The notes beneath the pieces are model-generated. The model made no database searches, had not been told where the DNA came from, and saw only the letters and a list, made by a program, of their open reading frames with translations. A stretch of 63,551 nt of DNA, filler included, from Choristocarpus tenellus KU-1152 (Eukaryota; Protista; Phaeophyceae), in the NCBI GenBank assembly GCA_964200185.2. It is 11 parts of 11 records of this genome, joined end to end, with 100 filler letters (N's around TTAATTAATTAA, not from the genome) between each part and the next. Parts side by side here need not be neighbours in the genome. Positions count along the whole stretch, not along the records: positions 24,179 to 28,764 come from CAXNAD020013899.1; positions 28,865 to 35,762 come from CAXNAD020007116.1; positions 35,863 to 45,899 come from CAXNAD020003190.1; 8 more parts are not named here. One strand, given 5' to 3'. The position numbers were made by a program, and so were the translations under genes. Of the stretch, positions 25,859-39,100 are shown in pieces. Each line of letters begins with the position of its first letter. Positions within the stretch are counted from its first letter, which is position 1.

Positions 25859-27470
25859 GATGCACGCTCCACCATGGAGCAAGCAGACAACACCTCACTT
25901 TCGACCCTGGAGAAGATAATGGAGGTAGGAGATTCAGCGGGAGCCAGTGACTTCTTTGAAGGGGTGTGTGAAAAGGGCACTCTTCGCCTGGAGACATACC
26001 AACAAGTACAGGCTCAGTTAACTACAGGTTTGGGGGGTTGGGCCTATCCTCTATGTAGCATTGCCAACACCCAGCCTTCGTAGGATCACTGGTGGCTACT
26101 CTCCCCACCCTCCGAGCAAGGCAGCAAGGGCCTCATGGGGAGTCTTTCTCACAAGGTATCTATATGACCCCCACAGTTTGGGTCCTGGGATCATCCATCC
26201 ACACCCTCCCCTTGACAGAAGCCCCTTCAGAAGACTTGGCGGGAACTATTAACCAAGGCTGGGTACCCTGGGGGGCAACAATAGCCCTCACACCTGCCCC
26301 AGAGGTCCACACTCTGGCAGCATATGATACCAGGATCACAAGGAGGGCACAGCATGAGATCACCCGCCTCCTGAACAGGATCTGTTTTGACTCTTTCCAG
26401 ACGCAATTAACCGACCTACCTGACGATGCAGAACAGGGGAGGGAAAGTCCTTCGCTAGCCCTGACCCGCTAATGGAGCCAGTGTGGACAAGGGGCAAATG
26501 TATGGGCCTCCACACAACCCCTGGAACCAGCACGCCAGATCCCTCCCATAGAGTTTAGACTCACCACCAACAGAACCCTAGGGAGGGAGGAGGTCCTGTC
26601 CAACGAGTGCCTAGTGGCTGGGTCAGGAGGAAAAATGTGGACACTAGACATGCTCGTACCTGCCCTAGGGAAGGGGGACAGGTCCACCAACGCACACCAA
26701 TGGTGAAGCGTCTAGGTCAACTCTGCAAAGGAATGGGCATCCTTTGCACTATGAAGGACGGTAGCCCATTGACAATGGACAGGAATTTCCGCATGGATCT
26801 AGTCTTCCTTGCTGGGGCACTTGCGGGAACTAGATCAGCTCCCTACCAGGAAAAAGGCCTCCTCCCGGATGTTATGTTTGCAGAAGTGCAAGCAGTCTCC
26901 CATCTACCATACCCATCCACCAGCAATGGTGTAAATCCTGCTGCAGCAGTTGAGGCGCGAAAGCGCACCCACTACGAGAGCTTTTGACCCTCGTAAATAT
27001 TACCTTAACACCTTCATGGTGGAAAGTTTGACCGCCTCGTTAAGCAAGCAGAATGTTTTCTGGATGCGTTGGAACACATGTGGTAGGGGGAGAATGGGGG
27101 GAGGCTACAGTACGAAATGAGCTGTCAAATCCCGTTTACGACAGATAGTGCCTTTTACAACACAAGTGGCTCTATCAAGGCGTGTCATGCGTTTTAAGCT
27201 GGAGACACCAGAGAGATGGGCAAGGAGGGGCCTGTCAGGTTCTTGGGATGCTTCCCTAGCTCCTCGCCCTGGGGTGTAGGGCTAAGCTAGGTTGGAGACA
27301 TAAAATGGAGTGGTGTAGTATAGTAGTAGTCAAAGAGTAATTAGATGATAGTAAAATGTCTTTCACATTACGACAACCGTTACTTTACCGGGGTTCGTAT
27401 AATATTGAATTAACTTTTCATTGGTTTTGCCCCTGACACATCTTCAAAATGTGAAGGGGCATAATAATAT
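25859..27470 (+). mobile_element. 5'-truncated CRE-like (restriction-like endonuclease) non-LTR retrotransposon, decayed
   Basis: RT-thumb GLGG/GGLGL region, zinc-knuckle-like C...RHARTC, RMDLVF...LLPDV...EARKRTHY PD-(D/E)xK-type motif, and a terminal stem-loop with (TAA)n. Confidence 0.8.
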
Positions 27471-27489
27471 TTACGATACAATACAGTAA

Positions 27490-28764
27490 GCTAACCTCCA
27501 TGAGGTAGGCATTGACCTAAATATGGACAAGACCTTGGCCGCACCTCCTCAGGGCCACTAACCCATACCCTCGGAACTGGAGCTTCTCTCTACAGCAGGA
27601 ATCAACCTAGCCCTAAACCCCAATGGTTTTGTCACTCTAGGGGCTCCGATGAGAACAGATGGTTTCATTCAAGATCACATGGCGGAGGTGATCGAGAGCT
27701 CTGGGACGCGGGCTTTGGCCACAAACCTCAGCGAGATGGAGGACAAGCAGGTGGCCTGGCTACTCAACTCCTGGTCCCTCTCCTCTCGTCTAGGCTATCT
27801 AGTGAGGGTCACTCCCCCCCTCCTGGCACGCTCCACCATGGAGCAAGCACATAACACCTCATTATGGACACTAGAGAGGATAATGGAGGTAGCTGACTCG
27901 ACAGAGGGACGGATTTCTTCGAGGGAGGGTGTAACAATGAGTCTCTTCGCCTAGAGACCCACCACAAGTATAGGCACAGATGCCCACAAGTGCGGGGGGT
28001 CTGGGCCTCTCCTCCATGAAACATCGCCAACACGCGGCTTTCGTAGGATCACTGGTGGCTACTCTCCCCACCCTCCGAGCAAGGCAGCAAGGGCCTCACG
28101 GCGAGTCCTTCTCACCAGCAGTTTGCATGAGCCCCACAGTACAGGCTTTAGGATTGTCCATCCACACCCTCCTTTCTACAGGTATCCCCTCAGAAGACCT
28201 TGCCGAAATCATTGGCCAAGACTGGGTAGCCTGGGGGGGAATAACATCCCCTACATCTGCCCCAGGGGTACATATTCTAGCGATTCCTGACGCCAGGATC
28301 ACAAGGAGGGCTCAACACGAGATCACACGCCTCCTCAACAAGATCCGTTTTGACTCCTTCTGGACAAAACTGGCCGGCCTTCCAAATGACGTACACGAAG
28401 GGAGGGAAAGCTCCTCATCGGAATCAAAGTATCACAGAGGGTAGAGCCGTGTCCATTTGGGGGCCAATATCCAATGTTGCAATTTTGATGTAATTTTGGC
28501 TACATTTTTGTCCGGAGATGTCAATATCCTTGTTCTGGACTCTCCTTTTCATTACGTATACATTTTACCTACCCCGAAACATTTTGGAGTAGGTAAAATG
28601 TATTTATAAACCCGTGGGAAGTCAAGCCCCAAATGGACAAACAAGGAAAAACTCATACCCTCTAAGATACTTTCACTCTCGGCCCTAGTGCACCACCGGA
28701 GCCAGTGTGGACAAGGGGCAAACGCGTGGGCCTCGACTCAACCTCTGGTACCAGTATGCCAGAT
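27490..28764 (+). mobile_element. Second CRE-like copy, directly downstream of the first
   Basis: FVTLGAP, SRLGYLVRVTPP and MPTSAGGLGL motifs. 27826-28764 aligns with 25863-26540. Confidence 0.8.
28421..28678. mobile_element. MITE family B copy inserted in the CRE-like element
   Basis: TSD TCG. Removing the MITE and one TCG restores codon alignment with 26443-26470. Confidence 0.92.
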
Positions 28765-29914
28765 NNNNNNNNNNNNNNNNNNNNNNNNNNNNNNNNNNNN
28801 NNNNNNNNTTAATTAATTAANNNNNNNNNNNNNNNNNNNNNNNNNNNNNNNNNNNNNNNNNNNNTCTCCGTCTTGCCCGGTGATTCTCTTCGCCACCCTT
28901 GCCTGAGTGAATCACGCCGCCACAGAATCACACGATTCACATATATGTAGAAACTAATCCACAATAAATTGTTATGGATCCCAAGTAGGCTATGCTTGGA
29001 TTATCGAAATCACATCTCGATGAACGGAATCGTCCGTATGTATGACGTATATTGCGTCTCAGCATCGATGGGGTTTCGAATAACCGAACTTCTTTCACAG
29101 GATTGCCTCCGTTTCACCAATGAATCATGAGGACTCTCAAAATAAGAGAAGAACATGGAGTATACGAGCATAGGACAAATATTTTTGATACGGTTCAAAA
29201 GTGGGAAGTTCATATGAAGAACAGCCTCCATTCTCTACGAGCCACGACAAGGAATCCTGTCTCGAGGTCTCACCTAAGCATGCTAAATTGCACGAGAGTG
29301 AGCAGCACAATGTCTTCAATTTTCAATTTTCAAAGATGAAACTGACAAGCACACTAAGATGTTCATTTTTCACATGCATGTAGGAACTACCGGGATCTAT
29401 GCTCCTTGGTTTATGTATGATCGATCGAGAACTATAGACATCCTCCTCTGATTCAAAATCAATACATTAATATCTCAACTTCAACCTTCACCTCCTTCAC
29501 CTTACACTCTACTTGATCGGATTTGTACTGGTGTCTTATTTTGAAACCCTTCCGAGATGACGTACCCAATTCCATATGGAAGGTGGACCAACCATTTCGA
29601 GATCCTCAAAGGGGCCTTTACAACCTTTTGAACCCCTCTCACAGTTTATAAATTCATGTAATTCCTGCCCAGCTATACATCTATCTGTTTGTTAACACTA
29701 CCAGGTTTGTCACATACATGCTGTAAGAAACCAAGTATACATTGCCAGTATCAGCTCTCTCATCAATGCACAGCATATTATAGTGAAAAGATTACTGTCT
29801 GTCCATCCGTTTGAGTGTACCTTACCGGTACTGGTGTGTAGAGAGTCAATCTGTGTCCTCTAACAAATTGTTAAAAAAAAAACTGAAAATTAGACAACCT
29901 TACCAGCACTGGCT

Positions 29915-30078
29915 GGATCGAAGTATCTGGGGGGGGTGGCGGCTGTCCAATTGGGGCCCATTTTTCCATGTCACGATTTTGGGTGATTTGGTTGCATTGG
30001 ATATTGTAAGTGCACTTTTTCCTGGTCAGTGCCCGAATGGACACCCTGGGGTAGACCCCCCCCCAGATCCTTTGAGCC
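29915..30078. mobile_element. MITE family A copy
   Basis: TIRs plus TSD GCT. Confidence 0.88.
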
Positions 30079-31067
30079 GCTTTTCTGTTCCTCTCACATA
30101 AACAGCCCACAGATACCTGCCCCCCTTATAAACCTACCGGAGCTGTTTTCCTCTTTCCGAGTAGTGTGAATGTCTGGTCGTATTATCCTCCGAAAGGGGC
30201 CTGAACAACCTTGGATTCCTCTCATGAAATTACAAAAAAGTAATTCCTTTCTGTTCATCTGCCTTCTGTCTCTATATGATACCAACTTGCCAGCATTGGC
30301 TCTTTGTGTACCTTTCATGTACATACTGTATCTAACCAATAGCTCCTGCCCTTAAAAACCTACAATAATAGAGCTACTTTTTTAGTCAAAGTTTGAATGA
30401 TTATTATAGTATAGTTCATGTGTAGGTCAGATTTTGATGCATTCAATGTAATAGGGTGTGCCTAGAGGTTGGTGTGCATGTGACCAAGCTCAAGTGAGGA
30501 ACAGGAAAAAGCATGGAAACTGTTGGCAAAGGGGAATCTTGTGAGGCTCATAACCTGTTAGAAGTCGAGGGTTGAATGAATTGTGCTCTCTTGTACAGTA
30601 ATAGGTTTGTAGTGAAGGAGTGTCATAGTTCCGTGAAGCGACGATGATTTCGTGCTGGTTAACCTTGGGACATGCTCTGCATAGCCAGATGTTATTTGGT
30701 ACAGTGATGTTGGGTTCCTTGGTACATTCAAAGGAAGAGATTCATCCTCTGTGTAGAGGCTTGTCATGTCGTGAAGAACAGCTTTATGGATATTTGAATT
30801 CTGAATATATAGCATCCAGTTGTGTAACAGCTACACTTCGTGCAAAGTGAGGGCAAGGCCAACAAAAGAAAAAGAAGAAACATTGTATGCGATACAACTG
30901 CTGGTTCTGCTGTGAAGATATAAAAGAAAGGGGCACGTACTATACTTGTATGTTTGAGAGATGTCGACTGTTTCATACTTACTATCAACCATGGAATTGC
31001 AACGGCAATCCATGATCCTATATTGTAGTGTCAATGATGGAAAAGGTGAGTAACAACCAGTAATGAT

Positions 31068-31325
31068 GAGCAAAGTATCTTAGAGGGTAGAGCCGCGTCC
31101 ATTTGGGGGTCAAAATCCAACGTTGCGATTTTGATGTAATTTTGGCTATTGTGATTGTTAGGAGATGTCAATATCCTTGTTCCGGACACATCTTTTCATA
31201 GCGTATACATTTTACCTACTCGGAAACATTTTGGAGGAGGTAGTATGCCATCAAAAACCCGTGGGAAGTCAAGCCCCAAATAGACAAATAGGGCAAAACT
31301 TGTACCCTCTAAGATACTTTCGCTT
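31068..31325. mobile_element. MITE family B copy
   Basis: GAGCAAAGTATCTTAGAGGGTAG...CTCTAAGATACTTTCGCTT, flanked by (T)GAT. Confidence 0.9.
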
Positions 31326-31419
31326 TGATGTGCGAATCAACATTCACTATGAACTGGTAATACTGCATAGTATCAATAACACAAAATATGAGTAGCCCTA
31401 TGTTTCAACAAAAACAACT

Positions 31420-33800
31420 ACGTGTGGACACCCAAAATGCCACTTTCAAGAAGCCGGCGTTGAAGAAAGGCTGAGAAACAGCTCAAGCGGGGGAGAGTGT
31501 TTGCCTTGGAGGAGTTTTTCCTGACATTTACACCAGAAAGATGGACAACATTATTCGTCATGAGGACCGAGCTTGTTTCTATGGACACCTGAGAGGCTTC
31601 AATGTTGTCAGAACAAGAGAGGGTGCCTCTCAGCACAACCATTCCGAGTCTAGACAGCTACTCAGGGAGCAAGCATCCATAATGAAACTATGGAGGAGAT
31701 ACTTCACAGTTAGACATTCCTTAATAACAAGTCAGTTGATCTCAACCTTTACAGTGCAAAGTCCTCGATCAACGACCCACATCCATGGCTCTCACTGCTC
31801 CACCAATGACGATGGAAGAAGCTGAATTACTCTGAGCAATGAGAAATTGGAAGACACTGGGTCCTGACAATCTTCCAGTGAGCTCCTAAAGCTCGGGTCT
31901 ACAGCAGGACATGGTTATTCTGGGGGTTTCCATAAGATTGCGTTTGTTGTGTTTATCCAGGAAGTTGTACCACAGCTCTGGAAAGATGCGACTATCACCT
32001 TGCCCTAGAAGAAGAAGGACTATACTGATGGTGCTAACTGCACAATGCCTCATTGGTGACACATGCTAGTAAAGTCCTCCTCAAAGTTGTTACACGGTGG
32101 TTGGCGGATTACCTGGGAAAGGAGAACATCCTTCACGAGGAAGAGTGTGGTTTCCCACCCTGACGCTCCACAGTCGACATGATATACACTGTGAGTCAAA
32201 GTAAGCGAGAGTTACTCATTGTTGCATTTTTAGGATGTGAAAAAATTGTCCTAATCTCGGCATTTTGTAAAAATAGGGAATTTTCTCAATCCTGTCGAAA
32301 TTTGTTTAACAATGGAGAAATCAACCCTTTCAAATCAAATCTGGTACTTCATCCATATAAACAATTGTGGATCGTAGAAGATAAAACAGAGTGTCTTAAA
32401 ATGCAAACGGTCAAAACCTGGGTACCTCTTGTTTACTTTAACTCTGTACGTATGTTTCAATAACTCTCCCACAGGTACCATGACAGGATTTGTAGCTCCA
32501 ATCCACAAGCCTGTAACCTGATGAGGTTTACAGATGGCGCTATAATGGACATATCATCAAATATGCTGGATCTCTCAAATTGATTGCTCATCTTATGATT
32601 TGATTGAGGCATAGAGAAAATTGAGACATGGGTAGTGAATGGCCTGACGATGACTAAAATGATAAACTAGTAGTCAAGATGCACAACGCATAAAATATAG
32701 GACTTCAACCTCATAATGGCGTCCATAGGAGGACCGCCATTAAGATCCATCGCCTGTGACATGTGCCCTCCAAGAGCTTTGCCGGGAAATACTCCTCTTC
32801 ATGTGTTTCATCAATCTACAGAAAGCATTTACGACCTCTGTTGATCGTGATCTCCTGTGGGTTGTACTGGGCAAATTTGGCATACCTCCTACTAAGATGA
32901 TTTCTGTCTGCCAATCCCACTATGGTATGAGGGCATGTATTTGCATGGATGATGGTGAATGCGCAGACTCGTTTGAGGTTGCCCAGGACCTTCAACAGGA
33001 GTATGTTCTTGCTCCAATCGTCTTCAACATCCCTCTCTTCACTGCAGTGCTAAGTGTGGCAATTAAGGAGTTCACCACTGACCCAGCCATCTCCAAGGAC
33101 TCTGTCATCATCAAGAGAGGGACCACAGACAACCCGATCGGAGGAGAAGCACCAGAGAGTGGGACACCACTTGAGTGGTTTTTGTGGGGTATGCTATATG
33201 CTGATGATAAGGAAATTTTCTCCAAGAGATCCAACGAGATTTGGTCAGGGCGATGACAATGCCCCTGTGAAGGTGGCCAGGTTTCTTGGTTTGACTGTAT
33301 CAGCATTATTAAGACAGAGAGTATGCGTCTTCACTCACCTAATCAGGATTTCAAAACCAGCAGGTCCAGGCACTGGACCACAGACCTACAGGCAGACCGA
33401 TAAGTTTGTTTAACTCGTTGTGACCATAAGATGTCGATATTACTGCTGAGATCAGCTTGATGATTCAGATATATTTATGTATTTTAAAATACAGCCCATC
33501 CATGTGGTTGATGACAGGACTTGCCACTAAGCTCATTTTCTGAAACTCCACTCTCACTGTCACAGATTCATCCTCCGCTGTGTAGGTTTCTTCAAACGGG
33601 AATGCACGTTCTTCAGGTTGAGCATTGCTTACCCCACCTGATATATTCCAACGAGAAAAAGGCATGGGGTGCACCAAGTTGGACAGGGTGTACAATACAT
33701 TTAAGCCTCACAGGAGACCTGAACCTTCATAATACCTCATTTGACTTGGCATGGATTGTCGGGTTTAGAGGCCTGGGCCCCCATGAGTGAGCTTTGGCCA
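31420..33800 (+). mobile_element. Decayed RTE-like LINE reverse transcriptase
   Basis: WKDATI, KVLLKVV, EEECGF.P.RSTVDMIY, LFMCFINLQKAF.SVDRDLLW, VLAPIVFNI and MLYADD motifs across stops and frameshifts. Confidence 0.85.
32193..32754. mobile_element. 562-bp non-autonomous insertion (family C) inside the LINE RT
   Basis: Starts GAGTCAAAGTA, TSD TGT. Removing it rejoins MIYTV-TCALQEL in frame. Confidence 0.75.
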
Positions 33801-34727
33801 GCAGGTGACAACATCGCATAAACGGAAAATAATGGAAAGAGAATGGAGAGGCAACAACGCCCATGTTCTCCGGGTGAAGATGACCTCTTCATGCGTCAAA
33901 ATCATCCCTAAATGAGCGGTTCGCGAGAGCCGCACGACACTCTCCATGCGAATGCGCTCGCGGAATACTTGATTTAAGTATGGTCCTGTATTTCTCACGA
34001 TTACTCCAAGTTGGCCAACCGAGAACCACCATATAAGGTTAGGCATGCTGATGCGATTACAACAAACTAATTTTCATGAAAAAAAATGTTATCAAAAGTA
34101 AAGTTACAAAGTTGATGCAGGAGGCGACTCCGAACACTGTAACAAGTTCAGGTCTGTTTGAATTTCACCATTGTTATTCAACACATCTTGTCCATATGCC
34201 TGCTGATGTGGCAATAACCCTCTCCTTCACCTCTGTTTCCAGTACAATAACTTACGTCTATCAGAATAAACACATCATCCATAATGCATCGTAGTATGGA
34301 ATTTCTCACAGAAATCTTGGCTCTAAGGTGTCTTTTGTTGTATATAGTTGAAGGTATTCTACTTCATGGGCGCCTTTTTGTAGGATTGATTCTTTCACTT
34401 CCAAAACCACACGACGTGAACCCTTTGGACGTTTAGGGGTACCTCACTTTGCTTGCACCTTATTGGGCAAATTAGTATCAGTGCGGGATGTTTTTGTCAC
34501 TAAACTAACCAACCATCACGTAGGAAAAAATTGTAATCCTCAAAAACCCTATCTTCTTAGAATTTATATATGATACAATTTAAATGGAACTATTACAACT
34601 CATCAGAGACGAATTCAGGAACCCTACCAAACTACAAGACTCCTTGCTCATGAAGCAAGTCGCCCATGGTATCCCTTGAAATACTTAAAACTCTGTGTCA
34701 ACACTACTAAGGACGTCGACATCATCG

Positions 34728-35762
34728 ATGTGGGGTCTCGACATGTCGGAAGGTGAACATCGACAGCTGAACGTTTTGAGACTTGTGGGGGAGTCGGGAT
34801 GGCTTCGTACGATGGATATCAAGGAACTACAGTTGACTGCCTTCGCCATGTGCTCAGAATGTCGTATGACAGTGGGATTCCACATCCAGATCTCAAACAA
34901 TCCAGGATCCCTCTTCCAAGAGGCCATTCACCAACAGAGGTATAAATCATCGCGTGTGCCATCTCTTCGCGTCCGAAAGATAACCTGGCAATGTGAGAAG
35001 CTATTCCTTACCGAGAATCCTAACCAGGATAAGGATGGTATTGTGGTGCCAACTGTCTTTAAGCAAAATACCACACTACCCAAAGTAGAGTTTACCTCAA
35101 TATTAACTCTTTTTGGAATCGAGCTGCATGGCTGGCTCAAGGATTTGACCTTTGGTGATGTCTTCAATGAGGCTGTGGACAAGGTGAAGTGGCCGGCCAC
35201 CCTCCGATGCCTGACCTTCGGTAGGCAATACAATCAGGCCGTGGTCAATGTGAAGTGGCCAGCAGGACTTCGTGAGCTGACCTTTGGCAAATGTTTCAAC
35301 CAGCCCTTGCAAGGGACGATATGGCCGGAACAGCTTCAACGACTCGCGTTTGGTTGGGAATTCGACCAGTCCTTAGAGGGAGTATTGTGGCCATCGACAC
35401 TCCAGGAGCTGACTCTCGGAGGAGTGTTCAACAGGTCTTTGGATGGATTGACGTTACCGAGGGGCCTCCGGCAACTCACATTCGGAAAGCTCTTCAACCA
35501 ACAGGTAGCGAGGGTAGTGTGGCCGCCAGGACTCCAGGAGCTGACGTTTGGGGCATTCTTCAACCAGGCAGTAGAAGGTGTGGTGTGGCCAGCAGGACTT
35601 GAGCGATTAACCTTTGGGCTGTACTTCAGGCAGAGTATAGAGAGGGTGGTGTGGCCGCCAGGGCTCCAGCAATTGACGTTCGGCTTTTTCTTCAACGGAC
35701 CACTGGAAGGGGTGGTGTGGCCGTCCGGGCTCCAGCAGTTGACATTTGGGAGGTGCTTCAAT
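34728..35762 (+). CDS. FNIP-like 22-aa leucine-rich repeat protein, intronless in the visible part, 3'-truncated by a gap
   Basis: Ten tandem repeats (last partial) of LxxLTFGxxFNQxVxxVxWPxx at 35136-35762. First ATG at 34728; the ORF track starts at GTG 34695. Confidence 0.9.
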
Positions 35763-36168
35763 NNNNNNNNNNNNNNNNNNNNNNNNNNNNNNNNNNNNNN
35801 NNNNNNTTAATTAATTAANNNNNNNNNNNNNNNNNNNNNNNNNNNNNNNNNNNNNNNNNNNNGTAACCAGGCGTGAGGTTTCACGAATGCGCTCGGGGAG
35901 CATGTGGTGAGAGGGAGGGTGCATATTTCGTCAGAATCGTGTCTGTTGAGTACAAGACCGGTACCCACAAAACATTTATCGGGGGTAATCTATGGTACAT
36001 TTTATTGTAACATGCGACGATCACTACACAGGAGAATGCAATATTTTTCAATATTGTTTTTGTAAAGGCTGTAAAGGCTGCCTCGTACAGAAGTTGCACC
36101 AGATTTTTTTGGCTGCCACCCAATACAAAAATTAGCTATCAACTCCCCTCACGAAAAAATCGACTTAC

Positions 36169-39100
36169 CCAGTGAGTACACAGCAGCGAGGTGCTCGTGC
36201 GACGCCTAGTACTGCTGCTCCACCTTCAGGATGACGTGTTCAGGAATGCTTTTGAGCTGGTAGGGTGGTGCATCTTGGATACGAGGCGGGTGGCCGATGA
36301 AGAGGTCGTGCGGAGGGGCGTTGAGGTCGATAGCAAGGTCTCCCCCTATCCCACTCCATTCGGTGCTGTGCATGTATTGCTTTACGCTAACCTTAACCCG
36401 CCCATCACCGCCTTTTTCAACGCGAAAAGTCCTGTAGGTCGTGATATTGGGGACACGGTTCACGCGACCACGAAGGAGTCCCTTGAAGTTGCCCTCGTTC
36501 CGTAGGGTCTTGCAGTAGACAGGAACCTCCGTGCAAGAGGCCTGCAGCTCATCACCCAGCTGTGTTCTCGTGAATATGTTCTTCCGTTTTATACCACGTG
36601 AGAACCTGAAGGTGAAATGTAAGCAAGTTAATTTTGAGGCGGGGGCGAAAGAAACGAAGTGGAGAAGCAAGATATATATGGAGGCACATGCTCCTCATCA
36701 TGTATATGGAAGTATAGATATAAAAAGGGGTGATGCGTACATTTTTGTTTTGTTTTGTTTCTACAGTAGTTTACAAAACAGTTTTGGCAGCTGCTCTTAT
36801 CGTTCAATTTTGTTGTGGGGAAATCAAAAGCCAATCAATCAATTGCAGTATATGACCATAAACCATACATGGATGCAACAAGCGTGAGCCGCAAGTCTCA
36901 AAGTAGTATCTGTCCGTATCAAAACACTATGTGGCTATCGAACTTGCATATCTTGCCTAATTACCTGGAGAAGATCTGATCGATTTTGATGTGCGTGTGC
37001 CCCACCATCATAAAATGTATCTCGACCACACGAATGATACTCGCCGCGACCAACACCCTCGCGTATCCGAGAAAGAAATTGTTCTTGTTCTCTGAGATGC
37101 AGTTGTCGACCTGGCCAGCTTGGGGAGTTGGGAGCGAGTGAAGAATAGGCGTGAGGCCGATATTTCAGCCCATTTCGCCGCGTTTCGTGGAGGAACAGGG
37201 TATGTTTCCAGTAATGCTAGAGCGCAACCTCTACATCACCGCTATCATACATGCAACAAGCAACACACAAACCAAAACTAAAGACCGTGCAGTTAGATTT
37301 TTGGTGATCGGTATTCGTCGAGTGTGTGTTGAGTAGGTCGTGTCAAGATGAAACTTTCTTACCTGCCAATGAGCGTGCTGGATGATGTGACTCCCCGCAT
37401 GATCGAGGCTGTTGTGGTACTTGTCGATAAGCCTTGTGAGGGCAAGGTGGGTGGCTGTGCAGACAAGGTTACAACCTACGCGAATGATGATGTCCGTCGT
37501 TAGTTGGCAAAAAGTACTCTGCTTACTTATGCATTGTTTATTTGGAGCTAAAAAGAGGGGTAATGGAGTTTGTTTTTACAAAGTAGAGCACATACACCCG
37601 AATGGCTGATATACATGTCTGTGGGTTTTCCTCCTCGTTGATTAGCTCTTACGCTCCTCTCGCCCTAACTCTAAGCTGAGGCGTAGGAGGGCAGGGGAGC
37701 ACAGCGCATAATCGACTGTTCACTAGGCCTGCGGTATCTGTAGGCACATCGTGTAGGGATGTACTCTTCCTTGGGTATCTAATCTTAGACAGGTCCACTC
37801 GCCACGACGGTAAATCAAGTGGTGTGTGCGCTGAAGCATCTATTCAGTCATGTTATTGTTTGCCACGACCAACATTACGTACCTCCTCCAAGATTGATAG
37901 GAGTGAAGAACACCTCTGCGAACTGGCCTTTGTCGTGTACGGCCATGATCTTTTGGCGCTCGGAGTAGCCCCAGATAAGAAGGACATGAACCAAAGAATC
38001 GTGTACAGAAAGGTTCTACGGTGTGTCGCCATGATGATGACCGGAATAGGTAGTGGAATTATGTGAGTCTGTTTTGGCGGTTATTTCTTTGGATTTTGCA
38101 CTCGTTCGTAAAATAAAACAGGGTCGTCTATTCTGTTCTGCGTGCGGCTGCAAACATGTTGTCAGATGGACTATGCGTGCGTGTGGTTACCTGTCACCGC
38201 CATGGGTAGGTGGGTAAAGTGTTGGGAGGGCGTGTGTTGTTTGGTTCGCGGCGTCTACGGACATGAACACGAAGCCGAGAGGTTTGCCATCGGCTTTTGC
38301 CCGCATGGCGCAGCTGGTGCTGTTGGCGATGACCAGCCAATCCACTTGGATAATCTGGCGAATTGGGGACAGCAACATCACGTCTGTAAATCAAATAAAT
38401 CTGCTCAGAGTTTTTAAAAAATGGCCACTTGTTAACACGTATCAGGTTAGTAACAAAAAGTAGTGTAGGTAACAATTAATGTTTGTCTTTGGATATGCTT
38501 TTTAATGCTGCATTCAATACAAACATAGTGTTATCGAGATTGTCGGAGCCCGTACGTACGGGGCCTGAGAAGCCGCCACAGGACCTGTCCCTCCTACATC
38601 CCGTTGTACATGACCAGGAAGCAGTATATCATACAACATGTGTGGGCAGGTAATAAGAACGTTTTTGCGGTGATTGAGGGTTAGGCTGCTGCCGTTAGCA
38701 CCTGCGTGGGAGTCTTCATTCGCAAAAGGAAACATATGTTCTTCAAAATGGAGGGCAATGACGGCGACATGTTGCCACTGTACACTTGTTGCAAAATTAA
38801 CGCTGGACACATACCTCTCGATGGTATGACAGCTCCTTATCGATGGAGTCGAGGATGGTGGAGTCGTTCGAGGGTTTTACACCAGGCGCACCGTGCCGCT
38901 TCTCTTTTAACGTGACACATATGTCACATTTCATAAACTCGCCTCCTACCCTCACTCTGATGTTGGGCCTGTCCTCTCTGAACAACCGGAGGAAGTGCGC
39001 CCTGCTTACCGGCTTGGAAGGGTTGTCAGGATACACCCGTATTGCCTCTTTGCAAAAATCCTTGAATAGCTCCTAATTAAAAATGTTGGTTGTGTGGGCA

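Noticed and set aside
28865-29800. Possible decayed TE or gene fragment
   Set aside because: No diagnostic motif recognised.
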